From Candidatus Aenigmatarchaeota archaeon (GTDB lineage Archaea; Aenigmatarchaeota; Aenigmatarchaeia; CG10238-14; SpSt-28), in assembly GCA_038997165.1 (NCBI GenBank), contig JAWBAK010000001.1, forward strand, positions 96,001 through 160,000: DNA of 64,000 nt, in the 5' to 3' direction. Within the stretch, counting starts at the first letter, position 1, and each line of letters begins with the position of its first letter. This document shows, piece by piece, positions 1-9,833 of this stretch. A program made the position numbers and the translations under genes. The notes under the pieces were generated by a model. It was not told the origin of the DNA. It did no database searches and saw only the letters and a program-made list of their open reading frames with translations.

Positions 1-1
1 T

Positions 2-139
2 GAAAAGATTAGAAGAATCGAAAATGAAATTGAAAGAATTAAAGGAAAGGTAGAGGAATATGTTAATGAAGTTATAAAAGAAGTAGAGGAATATGTTAAT
101 AATTCAATTAAAAAAATTGTTAAGAATAGGGGGGTTTAA
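2..139 (+). CDS. 3' end of a coiled-coil protein (truncated by window edge)
   Basis: Open frame EKIRRIENEIERIKGKVEEYVNEVIKEVEEYVNNSIKKIVKNRGV-stop (TAA 137-139); contains an 18-bp direct repeat at 50-67 and 83-100 (11-aa period). Confidence 0.6.
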   Translation, partial: EKIRRIENEIERIKGKVEEYVNEVIKEVEEYVNNSIKKIVKNRGV

Positions 140-270
140 TATTTTAAAGTTAAAAATATTAATATTAAACTAAGTAATATTACTATGGTACAATTATTTT
201 ACTCTTTTTTCATTTTAAAAAACATGAAAGAAAATGATACAGCTACTCTCGATGGGAAGGGGGGGTAAAA

Positions 271-882
271 ATGAAAGAATTACTAAAATCAAAAGTTTTT
301 TGGTTCATATGGTTAAATTGTGCTTCAAAAGAGATTAGTTTATTCGAAATTCAAAAAAGATGGAAAATAACCTCTAACTTTTTATATCATAAACATAAAA
401 CACTAAAAAAAACCTTTTTGGAATTAATGTTAGAAGGAAATTATATAGAAAAAATTAATAAAAAAGTTAAGGCAAAATTTGAATGGATAGAAGAGTATAT
501 AAAGGAATATTATAAGGGTACAATATTAGAAAGGTATAGTAATGTAATATCTAAGTTCTGTATAAAATATAACGAAATTTTCTTTGATTTTAACAATTTA
601 AAAATTCTTTTTAGAGATGAAGAAAATTGGAAAATTTTTGGAAATGAAATATTTAGATTTATATTTTTTACTCTTATATATAAAGATATCGAAAGATTTC
701 TAAAGGAGCATAGAGCAGAAAATGTTAAGATGTTAATTGATATTATTAGTTATATTTCTACTCCATTAAATATTTTGGACTACTCAAAAAGAGTTTCTGA
801 AAAAATTATTGAACACGCCAATATAATTTCTACGAAAAAAGATGTTGAAGAATTTTTCAATTTGTTAAATCTGAATAAATAA
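271..882 (+). CDS. Hypothetical protein, possible N-terminal winged-helix-like region
   Basis: 203-aa ORF with a purine/G-rich stretch just upstream; 5 bp from the next gene; no family recognised. Confidence 0.6.
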   Translation: MKELLKSKVFWFIWLNCASKEISLFEIQKRWKITSNFLYHKHKTLKKTFLELMLEGNYIEKINKKVKAKFEWIEEYIKEYYKGTILERYSNVISKFCIKYNEIFFDFNNLKILFRDEENWKIFGNEIFRFIFFTLIYKDIERFLKEHRAENVKMLIDIISYISTPLNILDYSKRVSEKIIEHANIISTKKDVEEFFNLLNLNK

Positions 883-887
883 TTATT

Positions 888-3800
888 ATGCAAGAAAATA
901 GAGTTGATATTGAAAGTTTAAAAACTAAAGTTGATGTACTTACAAAATTAATAACTAGAATAAGGGAAGATATTGAGAAAGATTTTAGCTCTTTAAAAGA
1001 AGAAGCAAAAAAAGAGCTAACTTCTATGATAGAGAATAAAGTAAAAGAATTTGATAAAGAGTTTGAAGAAGTTATTAAAAAATTTGAAGAAATTTATAAA
1101 AGTGATGTAGAAAAATTAAAATCAAAAATTCAGGATTTAGAAGCATATTCAAAGATATCATTAAATACCAAACTAGACAAAATTGATATAGAAATTAAAA
1201 AAGTAGAAGACCTATATAATTCTTTAGAAAGTGAAATAAAAAAGATAAAAAATTTTATAATTTCTTTAGAAGAGGAAAAAACAAAATTTGAAAATAAATT
1301 TAATATTATTAATTCTTTGAAAATTCAAGTTTCTAGTTTAATAGAAAAGATATCCTCACTAGATAATTTATTATCAAAAATTTCTGTTCTTACTTCTGAA
1401 ATAAAAACTTTAGAAAGTGAAGTAAAAATATTGAAAGATTTTCAAAACTTAGAAGTTGCAAAATCTAAAGAAAACATTATTAGAATTCTTAAAGAATTAG
1501 AAAAATTTGAAGAATTTATTAGGAATTTAAAAAATGAAAATGCGTCTTTAAAACTTTTTGCTGATCAATTAAATAGTATTATTGAAAATAATATTGAAAA
1601 TTTTGAAAAATATAAAATAGAAATTAATGAAAAATTTGAAAATATAAAAAACTTTTTTGATTCTCAAATAAAAAGTATAAAAGAAGAAAATTTTTTAACT
1701 ATAAATAATTTAGTAAAAAAAATCGAGGAAATCGAAAATAAAATAATAGAATTTGAAAAGGAAAAAACTAATGAAATTAATACAAAAGTAAATGAAGCCT
1801 TTGAAAAATTAAATTCAATAAATAATTATTTTGAAAATTCAATTAAGGAAATCTATAAAAATATAGATTCTCTTAAAAATGAAGCCCAAAATAAACTAAA
1901 TGTTTTAGAAAATAAACTAAAAGAAATTAATGAAAAATTAGAAGAATTTAAGACAAAAGAAGTTGAAGAAAAAATAAAAACTATTAGAAACGAGTTAGAA
2001 GAAGTTAAAATAAATATAGAAAATCAAAAAAAATTTATAAATGAATTATTAAAAGAAAATTTACAGTTATTCGAAAATAAATTAAAAGAGTTTGAAGAAA
2101 AGAAAATAAATGAGAAAATTAACTTAATAAACATTAGTTTAGAAAATAAAATTAGAAATTTTGAAGAGAAATTACAAAAAATTGATAATAATTTAATACA
2201 AATTAAAAGTAATTTAGAAAATAGATTGATAGAATTAGAAGAAAAAGAAAAAATCAATAACATAGAAAAAGGAAAAGAAATAAGTAAATTAAAAAAATTA
2301 ATCGAAAATATTATTTTGAAAATGAATAGTTTTGAAGAAGAAACCAAAAATAGTATAAATATATTAAAAAATGAATTAGAAGAAACAAAATTAAAAAATA
2401 AAGAAATTAGAGATAATTTTTTACAAAACGTTGAAAATGTAAATAAAATGTTTAGAAATATTTCTGAAAAGGTAGAAAAAATTCAGAAATTTTTTACTGA
2501 ATACGATAAAATAATAAAAGATTTTTATTCGAAAATAGAAATTCTTAATAAAAAAATAGAAGAAAACAAAATTTTTGCTAAAAATATAGAGGAATTTAAA
2601 AATGAAATGAATCTTATAAAAGAAAATTTATCTAATGTCTATGAAAATTTAAATAATAAATTTTTAGAAGTTGAAAATAAAATAAACGAAAATGAAAATA
2701 AACTCAAAACTTTTAATAAAAATATTGAAAGAATATGGTTGGAAATTGAAAATATTAAAAAAAATTTAAACAAATTTTCTATTTTTGAAAACGAAATAAA
2801 AAGAAAAATTAACGATAATTTACAAAATATTATTAATCAATTAAAAAATGAAGTAAAAGAACTTGAAGAGAAAAAAACCTTAGAAATTGATGAAAAAATT
2901 AAAAGAATTGAAAACAACCTTTCTTTAATAATTAATAATACGCAAAACATGATTGAAAAACTTAGTGAAACATACGAAAATAAAATAAAAAAATTAGAAG
3001 AAAATCTAAAAATAATTGAAATAAATATTGAAAATAAACTATCAAATATTAATAATCTTTCTGATAACATAAAGAACGAATTTAATGAAAAGATAAAAAA
3101 TTTAAAATCTGAATTAGATCTTATTAATAACGCTATTAATAATATAAAAGCGGAAATTAATAAAACTATCTCTGAAAACTTAAATTTCCTTAGAGAAGAA
3201 GTAAATAATAAGCTGAAAGAAGTTGAAGAAAAAGAAATCATGGAAACTAAAATTAAACTTGAAGAACTCTCTAAACTCTTTTCTTTAACTCAAGAAAATC
3301 TTAATAAAACTAAGGAGAATTTAAATAATATAAAAAATGAAATTGATCAAAAAATAAATGAGCATTTTGAAAAATTAAATTCAATAAATAATTATTTTGA
3401 AAATTCAATTAAGGAAATCTATAAAAATATAGATTCTCTTAAAAATGAAGCCCAAAATAAACTAAATGTTTTAGAAAATAAACTAAAAGAAATTAATGAA
3501 AAATTAGAAGAATTTAAGACAAAAGAAGTTGAAGAAAAAGTAATTACTATAGAAAATGAAATAAAAAATATTATTAAAAATTTTGAACTTTTAAAAAATA
3601 TAAGTGATGAAAATACAAAAAAAATAGAAGATTTAAAAAATAAATTTGAGGATAATATAAAAAAGGAAGCAAACATGATTAAAAGTGATATAGAAGAGAA
3701 AATTAACAAAATATCGAATAATTTAGAAAAAAAGATAGAAAATATTGAATCTCTTATTTCATTTTTATCCGAAAAAACTAATAATATAGATAACGAACTC

Positions 3801-4025
3801 AAAACATTTAATAAAAAAGAATTTGTAGAAAAATACGAATTAGAAAATCTTAAAAATGAAATAAAAATTATAAAAGAAAAAATTGAAAATCAAGAAAAAT
3901 TAATTAAGAATTTGGAAGAAAAAATTACATTAATAAAAGAGGGACTACCAAAAGAGATAAAGGATATAGAGGATATAATAATTTCTTTTAAAAATCTTGA
4001 AAATGAGTTTAGAATTATAGAATAA
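888..4025 (+). CDS. Very long coiled-coil protein (1045 aa)
   Basis: E/K/N/I/L-rich heptad pattern throughout; no Walker A/B motif, hinge or TM segment. Confidence 0.8.
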   Translation: MQENRVDIESLKTKVDVLTKLITRIREDIEKDFSSLKEEAKKELTSMIENKVKEFDKEFEEVIKKFEEIYKSDVEKLKSKIQDLEAYSKISLNTKLDKIDIEIKKVEDLYNSLESEIKKIKNFIISLEEEKTKFENKFNIINSLKIQVSSLIEKISSLDNLLSKISVLTSEIKTLESEVKILKDFQNLEVAKSKENIIRILKELEKFEEFIRNLKNENASLKLFADQLNSIIENNIENFEKYKIEINEKFENIKNFFDSQIKSIKEENFLTINNLVKKIEEIENKIIEFEKEKTNEINTKVNEAFEKLNSINNYFENSIKEIYKNIDSLKNEAQNKLNVLENKLKEINEKLEEFKTKEVEEKIKTIRNELEEVKINIENQKKFINELLKENLQLFENKLKEFEEKKINEKINLINISLENKIRNFEEKLQKIDNNLIQIKSNLENRLIELEEKEKINNIEKGKEISKLKKLIENIILKMNSFEEETKNSINILKNELEETKLKNKEIRDNFLQNVENVNKMFRNISEKVEKIQKFFTEYDKIIKDFYSKIEILNKKIEENKIFAKNIEEFKNEMNLIKENLSNVYENLNNKFLEVENKINENENKLKTFNKNIERIWLEIENIKKNLNKFSIFENEIKRKINDNLQNIINQLKNEVKELEEKKTLEIDEKIKRIENNLSLIINNTQNMIEKLSETYENKIKKLEENLKIIEINIENKLSNINNLSDNIKNEFNEKIKNLKSELDLINNAINNIKAEINKTISENLNFLREEVNNKLKEVEEKEIMETKIKLEELSKLFSLTQENLNKTKENLNNIKNEIDQKINEHFEKLNSINNYFENSIKEIYKNIDSLKNEAQNKLNVLENKLKEINEKLEEFKTKEVEEKVITIENEIKNIIKNFELLKNISDENTKKIEDLKNKFEDNIKKEANMIKSDIEEKINKISNNLEKKIENIESLISFLSEKTNNIDNELKTFNKKEFVEKYELENLKNEIKIIKEKIENQEKLIKNLEEKITLIKEGLPKEIKDIEDIIISFKNLENEFRIIE
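1800..3539 (+). repeat. 174-bp identical direct repeat (1800-1973 and 3366-3539) inside the coiled-coil gene
   Basis: Both copies encode FEKLNSINNYFENSIKEIYK...EEFKTKEVEEK; offset 1566 bp, in frame. Confidence 0.95.
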
Positions 4026-4409
4026 TTAACCTGGTATAAAATAATATTTCTTTTTACCTTCTCTTACACTTCTTACTTCACCACTTTCTTCCATTTCAAC
4101 CAAATATTCAGAGCATCTCGTTCTTGATAAGTTTAATAAATTTGCCAAATCTTGAGCAGTTAGTTTTCCATGTTTTTTTAGTAAAATTTTTATTAGTTCT
4201 TTTGTTTTTCTTGTTAAAGGAGTTCCAACGTCTTCAATTTTCATATTTCTTTTTATTATTGATATTTCTGCTTCTAAGCTCTTTATTTTTTCTTCTAATT
4301 CCAAAATTTTGTCATAAACTTTAGTTAAAAAATTATATAAATTATCAAGTTTCTGATTAATTATTCCAACAATCAATTGATTTTCATCTTTTTTTTGCTT
4401 AAAAATCAT
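4026..4409 (-). CDS. N-terminal coiled coil + C-terminal winged-helix-turn-helix DNA-binding protein
   Basis: LLKKHGKLTAQDLANLLNLSRTRCSEYLVEMEESGEVRSVREGKKKYYF is a typical wHTH with wing. Confidence 0.8.
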   Translation of the reverse strand: MIFKQKKDENQLIVGIINQKLDNLYNFLTKVYDKILELEEKIKSLEAEISIIKRNMKIEDVGTPLTRKTKELIKILLKKHGKLTAQDLANLLNLSRTRCSEYLVEMEESGEVRSVREGKKKYYFIPG

Positions 4410-4426
4410 AAATAAATTATCGAAGT

Positions 4427-4609
4427 TTATTTTAATTTCTTTAACATTGGTACACCATTTTTTGCCTCTATAACTATATATCCTGGAGGTATTGCTTCTA
4501 AAGCATCTATAGGATCTTTACTAAAATAAAAAATTAGATTTTTTCCTCTACCTATTTTCATATGTAAATACCAAATTTCCCCTTTTTTGTTTTTATATTT
4601 ATATGGCAT
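4427..4609 (-). CDS. Small basic hypothetical protein (60 aa)
   Basis: Protein-like composition (YKNKKGEIWYLH...FYFSKDP...PPGYIVIE...GVPMLKK); tightly packed in the minus-strand operon. Confidence 0.7.
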   Translation of the reverse strand: MPYKYKNKKGEIWYLHMKIGRGKNLIFYFSKDPIDALEAIPPGYIVIEAKNGVPMLKKLK

Positions 4610-4611
4610 AA

Positions 4612-6732
4612 TTAGCTAAACTTTCTTTTTATAAAAGTTTTACCTATAACTTTTTCGTTATTTTTTCTTTTTCTTGAAATGAATATAGATAATGTTATTA
4701 TAATGATAGATACTAAAATGGATATATAAGTATTGTTATCTAATATTAATACAAATTTTCCTGTTAGATAGTTATTTGATTTTAACTCTTTTTGATTAGT
4801 TATATAAAAAACAGGTATATCAAAATAAAATTCACTAATATTGTTTTTTAGCTTTAACTTTATAATTTCTGGATTAGATTTTCTAGTAAAATTAAAAAGT
4901 TTTATTTTTATAGATTCTCCAACCATAATTCTATCGATTTTTATTGTATCTACTTCGCAACCTTCAGAAAATAAATATATGTTTTCTAAATCTTTTTGAC
5001 CAGAATTTTTTATTTCTATAATTTTTTCATTTTCAAAATCAGAAAGTTCTATTGATGTATTTAATAAAGTTAATTCTATTTTTGCTTCTGTAACTATATT
5101 AATAGCTTCTCTAAAATTTACAAAAAAATCGCTTTCTGAAAAAAGTAATAAAGTATAGTTTCCTTCGATAGATGGTGAAGATAAAATTAATTCAAATCTA
5201 CCATTTTGAGTTTGTATAGTATAAACTCTTCCATTAAATGAAGCTTTAAAATTTATATCTTGAGGTTTACCTGTGCTATCTATAACTATTCCTCTTAATA
5301 GTATTTGCTCGTTTAAATAATATTTTGGTTTATTAAGTGAATATTGAATTTTTAAGCTTAATTTTTCAAAAATTCCAAAGTAACTTTTATCAAATATTTC
5401 AAATTCTATATAATTTGCTATTGTATTTTTAGTAAACAATCTAACTTCAAATTTTTTACAAGATTTATCTTTTAAAGAAATTTCTTTACAAAAAATTGGA
5501 TAAACCATTTCTTCGGAATCAATTTTTCTTTCATCGTAATATATCCTTGTAATTATTTTTTCAAATTCTAAATCTGTTTCGAAAACAAAAAAATCTAAAA
5601 TTTTTAAATTTTTTTCGTTAAGAGTTATAGGATAAAATCTTATTGAGTTATCAAAATATTTTAAATTAACGTTAATCATTCTTATTTCTGCGTTTTTATA
5701 TTTTATAGTTATATTTCTTTTTCCGGGTAAAAATAAAAATGTTTGATTTCCAGATAAAGAATATTGAAGATCATCTATTTTTAATGTTATAGTTATTGGA
5801 TTATTATCATAATCAAAAAAATTACAAACTCCAAGCTTTCCTATATTTACTGTTTTTTTAACATCTATCCAATGCATATTATATCTTACTCTAAATTTTA
5901 TTGTTGAAGCCTCTGCAGGCAAAGTTATATTAATACATATTCTATTATTACAATCAAAAAAGTTGTTTAACTTAGCATTTTCAACTTCAATACTTATGTT
6001 ATTTGAACTTAATTTATTTCCCTTAAATGAAACATCCATAGCAGCAACTACAGAACTTTCTGGATAATAAATTTTATCTTCTAAATCTACATTAGCTTGA
6101 AGAGGATTATTAATAACTAAATTTAAATTCTTAGAAAAAGTTCTAGAAAAATTTCTTAAAAAAATTGAAATCGTTTCTATTTTGTTTATCTCTTTCGATG
6201 GAACAAACTTCAAATAATAATAGTATCCAATTCTATCCAATTTAAAATTATCTGTAAAAGAGAATTTTATATCAAATTCTGAAGGATCCATAACTCTCGG
6301 CTTATTACTCCAACTCTCTTTTAAATTAAGAATAAACTTTATTGAAGTCTCTTCGTTTAAATAATTATTTGAAATTTCCAGTATATCAAAATTTAGTACA
6401 TGCAAGCTTATTCTTATGGTTTTTGATATATTAATATTTTGAATTTCATTAAAACAAATAGCTGTTACATTAAAATCTTGAGATAAATAATCTTCATATT
6501 TTAATGTTAATTGATTCTTAGGATTTATAAAAATTCTTTGCAAACCATTATCTATAGATATTACTATTTTATCTAAAATATAATCAGTAGGACAACTAAC
6601 ACTTATGTTAATATTATCACCTAAAAAAGCATCGGTAGGAAAAAAATCTATGTTTATAGATTCTTGAGAAAAAGTAAGCAATAAAAATAAAATTGAGATT
6701 AAAAAACTTTTTGTTATATAAAACTTAGCCAT
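4612..6732 (-). CDS. Secreted, C-terminally anchored multi-Ig-like cell-surface protein
   Basis: Signal peptide (LLLTFS|Q), beta-rich body, EIKNSGQKDLENI Ig/CARDB-like motif, C-terminal TM followed by RKRK. Confidence 0.75.
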   Translation of the reverse strand: MAKFYITKSFLISILFLLLTFSQESINIDFFPTDAFLGDNINISVSCPTDYILDKIVISIDNGLQRIFINPKNQLTLKYEDYLSQDFNVTAICFNEIQNINISKTIRISLHVLNFDILEISNNYLNEETSIKFILNLKESWSNKPRVMDPSEFDIKFSFTDNFKLDRIGYYYYLKFVPSKEINKIETISIFLRNFSRTFSKNLNLVINNPLQANVDLEDKIYYPESSVVAAMDVSFKGNKLSSNNISIEVENAKLNNFFDCNNRICINITLPAEASTIKFRVRYNMHWIDVKKTVNIGKLGVCNFFDYDNNPITITLKIDDLQYSLSGNQTFLFLPGKRNITIKYKNAEIRMINVNLKYFDNSIRFYPITLNEKNLKILDFFVFETDLEFEKIITRIYYDERKIDSEEMVYPIFCKEISLKDKSCKKFEVRLFTKNTIANYIEFEIFDKSYFGIFEKLSLKIQYSLNKPKYYLNEQILLRGIVIDSTGKPQDINFKASFNGRVYTIQTQNGRFELILSSPSIEGNYTLLLFSESDFFVNFREAINIVTEAKIELTLLNTSIELSDFENEKIIEIKNSGQKDLENIYLFSEGCEVDTIKIDRIMVGESIKIKLFNFTRKSNPEIIKLKLKNNISEFYFDIPVFYITNQKELKSNNYLTGKFVLILDNNTYISILVSIIIITLSIFISRKRKNNEKVIGKTFIKRKFS

Positions 6733-7439
6733 TTTTTTAGAAATAAGAAGCTTGGTTTTTTATAAGGAATACCTAAAAAATTGCTAGCAAAACTTTTAAT
6801 TTCTATTGTAAATGAAGAATAAGGATTATAAAACACATAGGGTATTCCTTTGTTTAAACTCTCCTTTATTTTTGTATCTTCTGGTAAAACAGCTAAAATA
6901 GGTATTCCTGAAATATCAAAAATTTCGTTTGGACTAATTGATTTTTTTGTATATCTATTAACTATTATTCCAGTAATTTTTATATTTTCCTTTTCAAACT
7001 CTTTTATTATTCTCATTAAGGCATATATCGAAGTTGTTTCTGGTAAAGTTAGTAAAAATATTTCGTCACATATTTTCGCTATTTCCAAATTTTTTTCAGA
7101 TATTCCTGGTTCTGTATCTATAACTAAAAAATCAAAACTCCCTTCTAAATCATTTAATATGTTTATGTTCTTATAGTTTAGATTAGAATCTCCGGTTGGT
7201 AAAACTCTTAACCCAAAAGGGGTTAAATATATTGCATTATTTATCGGTATTTCAAAATTTAAAGCTCGCGAAAGATTTAAATTATAGTTTATTAGACCTA
7301 AGGAAATAGATAAAGAATTGTTAAGATCTGTATCTATTAATAATGGATTTTTTTCAAAACATAATAAAGAGCTTGCAAAATTTATTGCAAATGTTGTTTT
7401 TCCTACACCACCCTTAGCTGAAAAAATCCCTATTTTCAT
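6714..7439 (-). CDS. minD: MinD/ParA-family ATPase
   Basis: Deviant Walker A KGGVGKTT, LLIDTDL, DFLVIDTEPG, GIIVNR, LPED..IKES; C-terminal amphipathic FLFLKKWLSFI. Confidence 0.9.
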   Translation of the reverse strand: MKIGIFSAKGGVGKTTFAINFASSLLCFEKNPLLIDTDLNNSLSISLGLINYNLNLSRALNFEIPINNAIYLTPFGLRVLPTGDSNLNYKNINILNDLEGSFDFLVIDTEPGISEKNLEIAKICDEIFLLTLPETTSIYALMRIIKEFEKENIKITGIIVNRYTKKSISPNEIFDISGIPILAVLPEDTKIKESLNKGIPYVFYNPYSSFTIEIKSFASNFLGIPYKKPSFLFLKKWLSFI

Positions 7440-7468
7440 AAAAAAATAAAATAAAGGAAAAAATATTA

Positions 7469-8386
7469 TTATACTGAAGCCACTATGAAGAGCTTTCCGC
7501 TTACTGTGCCCATTGGAACTCCATATGGAATTCTTACTTGAACTCTAAAATTCACAAACTCTGCTGGATTTAACTGAGTTGATCTTAAATAATTTGTTGG
7601 AAGATTTACTTTATCAGTAATATTATAATCCCAATATCCAAAATATGCTTCTGTTCCATCGGAATTTATGACAAAATATCCTTCTAACATATTATTATTT
7701 CCTATTGTATGAGCTACATAACCATATTCGTTAACTGCTGTTAAAGATTTTTCGTCATATTGGCTTGCGTCAGAAAAGCTTAAAATACCTGAAGAAGTTG
7801 CTGTTTTTGGAGATTTGGCAAATCTTACTTTAACATCTGATGTATTGAATTTTTTATTACTATCAGAAATTGCTAGAATAAACCAATCCTCTCCTTCATT
7901 TGTCACAACTTTTGCTGTTCTAAATAAGAAAAGTTTACATTTTGTGGAATCAAAATTATCGTTATTCATACATTCTGCTGGAAATGTCATGTATTTTGGT
8001 GGGTTATCTATTGAGAATAATCTCTGAGCTACATATTTAATATTTGATGATTCATCCTCTACCAAAACGAATTCTCCGCTTTTATGTAAGTTTGGATTGT
8101 TACTTCCCCATGGGTTTTGTGATGGCAACTCAACACTGATTTTTATGTTACTTATTGGTACGCTACCTAAGTTATAAATTGTTATGTAAGCAGAATTTGG
8201 ATTTGCTATATCTCCTGGCATACCCGAGAAACTTATTGCATCTGGAGTTACATCTATTATTACGGCTTGCTGTACTGTAACATCTACAATTACCTCGCTA
8301 GGATAGTCTTCAGAAAAAGAAACATAAAAACCTATTACTATAAAAGCTACTAGTATTGCTAGTATTACATTGCTTTTTTCTTTCAT
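7469..8386 (-). CDS. Secreted beta-sandwich protein, candidate major fibre or S-layer-type subunit
   Basis: Signal peptide, N-terminal alternating strand EVIVDVTVQQAVIIDVTP, C-terminal VRIPYGVPMGTVSGKLFIVAS, no C-terminal anchor. Confidence 0.7.
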   Translation of the reverse strand: MKEKSNVILAILVAFIVIGFYVSFSEDYPSEVIVDVTVQQAVIIDVTPDAISFSGMPGDIANPNSAYITIYNLGSVPISNIKISVELPSQNPWGSNNPNLHKSGEFVLVEDESSNIKYVAQRLFSIDNPPKYMTFPAECMNNDNFDSTKCKLFLFRTAKVVTNEGEDWFILAISDSNKKFNTSDVKVRFAKSPKTATSSGILSFSDASQYDEKSLTAVNEYGYVAHTIGNNNMLEGYFVINSDGTEAYFGYWDYNITDKVNLPTNYLRSTQLNPAEFVNFRVQVRIPYGVPMGTVSGKLFIVASV

Positions 8387-8410
8387 AATAAATATTAATG
8401 TTAAAAATTG

Positions 8411-8426
8411 ATATATATACTTTTCG
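8411..8426 (-). promoter_or_regulatory. BRE + TATA box of a probably leaderless promoter for 7469..8386
   Basis: Minus strand reads CGAAAAG-TATATATA about 26-33 nt upstream of the ATG at 8386. Confidence 0.6.
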
Positions 8427-8466
8427 CTTGCCCTTCCTATAAATTTTGATAGTTTTGAAATTTATT

Positions 8467-9318
8467 ATGAAGTCTTATATAGCTATGCTATTGACTCTAT
8501 TTTTTGCCATTTTTTATATTTCTTTCTCTCAAGTTGGTATAATGTTGTCGAGTGGAAACATAACATTAACAAATTATGAAACTTTTAGTAGCTTGAGAAT
8601 CTATGGAAGTAATAAAAGTTATATTGAAATAACACATAGAGAGGCCAATATACTTGATGTCTTATCAAACTTTAAAGGAATTATACAAAATTTCTCTGAA
8701 CAAAAAGATTGCATTAAAATAGAGTTATATAATAATTTTGTTAAAATAGAAAGTTCAAATGATAAAATTTCGTTTATAGATATTCCATTTGTTATAAAAA
8801 GATGTAAAGAAGCAGAGCCTGGATATAGAATTTTTTATATAAGTGCTAGAGAAATAAAAGATATAAAAGGAGAAAAAGATTATTCTGTAGCGATAATACC
8901 ATCTGTAGAAATACCTATATTAATGTTAGTTGAAGGTAATGCAATAAGAAAGATTAGTATATTAGATTTGAATGTGATATATGAAGAAAAACCTAAAATA
9001 AGCGTGTTGGTTAGAAATGACGGAACTGTAACTACTTCATTTAAAACTACTCTTAATATCTCTAATTATTCCTTTAGCTCGTTTGGTATATTAAAACCAA
9101 AAGAGGTTTCTATTATAAAATTTCCAATAAGTCTTGTTGGAAAATATAATGTTACTGCTAAAGTCGATTATTATAGCGATTTTTCCTTAGAAGAAAAGGA
9201 ATTAGAAATTAAAGAGTTTTATATTAGTTTTGAAGAGATTTTTGTTAACGTCTTGCCATATGTAATAGTTATTGCATCTGTTATAATTGCTATTATTTTA
9301 GTTTTAAAAAGGGTATGA
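8467..9318 (+). CDS. Secreted two-Ig-like-domain protein with C-terminal TM (chaperone/assembly-factor-like)
   Basis: Likely ATG 8467; signal peptide YISFS|Q; AEPGYRIFYI and SVLVRNDGTV motifs; C-terminal TM + KR. Confidence 0.7.
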   Translation: MKSYIAMLLTLFFAIFYISFSQVGIMLSSGNITLTNYETFSSLRIYGSNKSYIEITHREANILDVLSNFKGIIQNFSEQKDCIKIELYNNFVKIESSNDKISFIDIPFVIKRCKEAEPGYRIFYISAREIKDIKGEKDYSVAIIPSVEIPILMLVEGNAIRKISILDLNVIYEEKPKISVLVRNDGTVTTSFKTTLNISNYSFSSFGILKPKEVSIIKFPISLVGKYNVTAKVDYYSDFSLEEKELEIKEFYISFEEIFVNVLPYVIVIASVIIAIILVLKRV

Positions 9319-9833
9319 AAAAAATTGTTTTAGCAATAATACTCTTTTTTATTGTTTTGTTTTTTTCTATTTATTTAACAAATCTTAAAATTAGTAGATT
9401 CACTTCAGAAAAAGAGTATGAAATAATAGATTCCTTAATGTATATTTTGGAAATAAAAAAAATAAAAACAAATGTGACATATATTGAAAAAACAAATGAG
9501 AGCTATTTTTTAGGGATTGAAGTACATAAAGATAATTTACTTACCTTTGGAATTATTCCTATAAACTCTCCTATAGAAAGGGTTAGAAGAATTATTACTT
9601 TAAATAATTTAGAGAATTCCGTAGTTGGAGTAAAAATTTTCTGCGATGGAAATATTTGCGACTTTATAAATATTTCAAAACCTTATTTTATTTTAAAACC
9701 AAAAGAAAATAGAGAAATAGAAATAGCTGTCGAAAACAAAAATATTACTGGATATTATGAGGGATACATATATATTAACGTTTTAAAGCCAAAAAACAAA
9801 ATATGGGAAGTTATTTTATACTTTTTGTATTAA
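9315..9833 (+). CDS. Membrane-anchored Ig-like protein
   Basis: N-terminal hydrophobic segment; LTFGIIP...IITLNN...FILKPKE...GYYEGYIYI; start overlaps the upstream stop. Confidence 0.7.
   Translation: MKKIVLAIILFFIVLFFSIYLTNLKISRFTSEKEYEIIDSLMYILEIKKIKTNVTYIEKTNESYFLGIEVHKDNLLTFGIIPINSPIERVRRIITLNNLENSVVGVKIFCDGNICDFINISKPYFILKPKENREIEIAVENKNITGYYEGYIYINVLKPKNKIWEVILYFLY

Noticed and set aside
2024..3802. Antisense and overlapping ORFs in the track (for example 2024-2347, 2837-3241, 3419-3802, 25935-26438, 53677-54018, 54499-54912)
   Set aside because: F/S/L/I-rich mirror translations of E/K-rich genes on the opposite strand, with no independent coding signal.
888..4025. SMC/Rad50 assignment for the long coiled-coil protein
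   Set aside because: No Walker A/B motif, signature motif, hinge or zinc hook.
4026..7439. SegAB or ParABS chromosome segregation system
   Set aside because: The ATPase has a MinD-like amphipathic tail and sits among envelope genes; no ParB/SegB-like gene or repeated centromere-like sites were seen.
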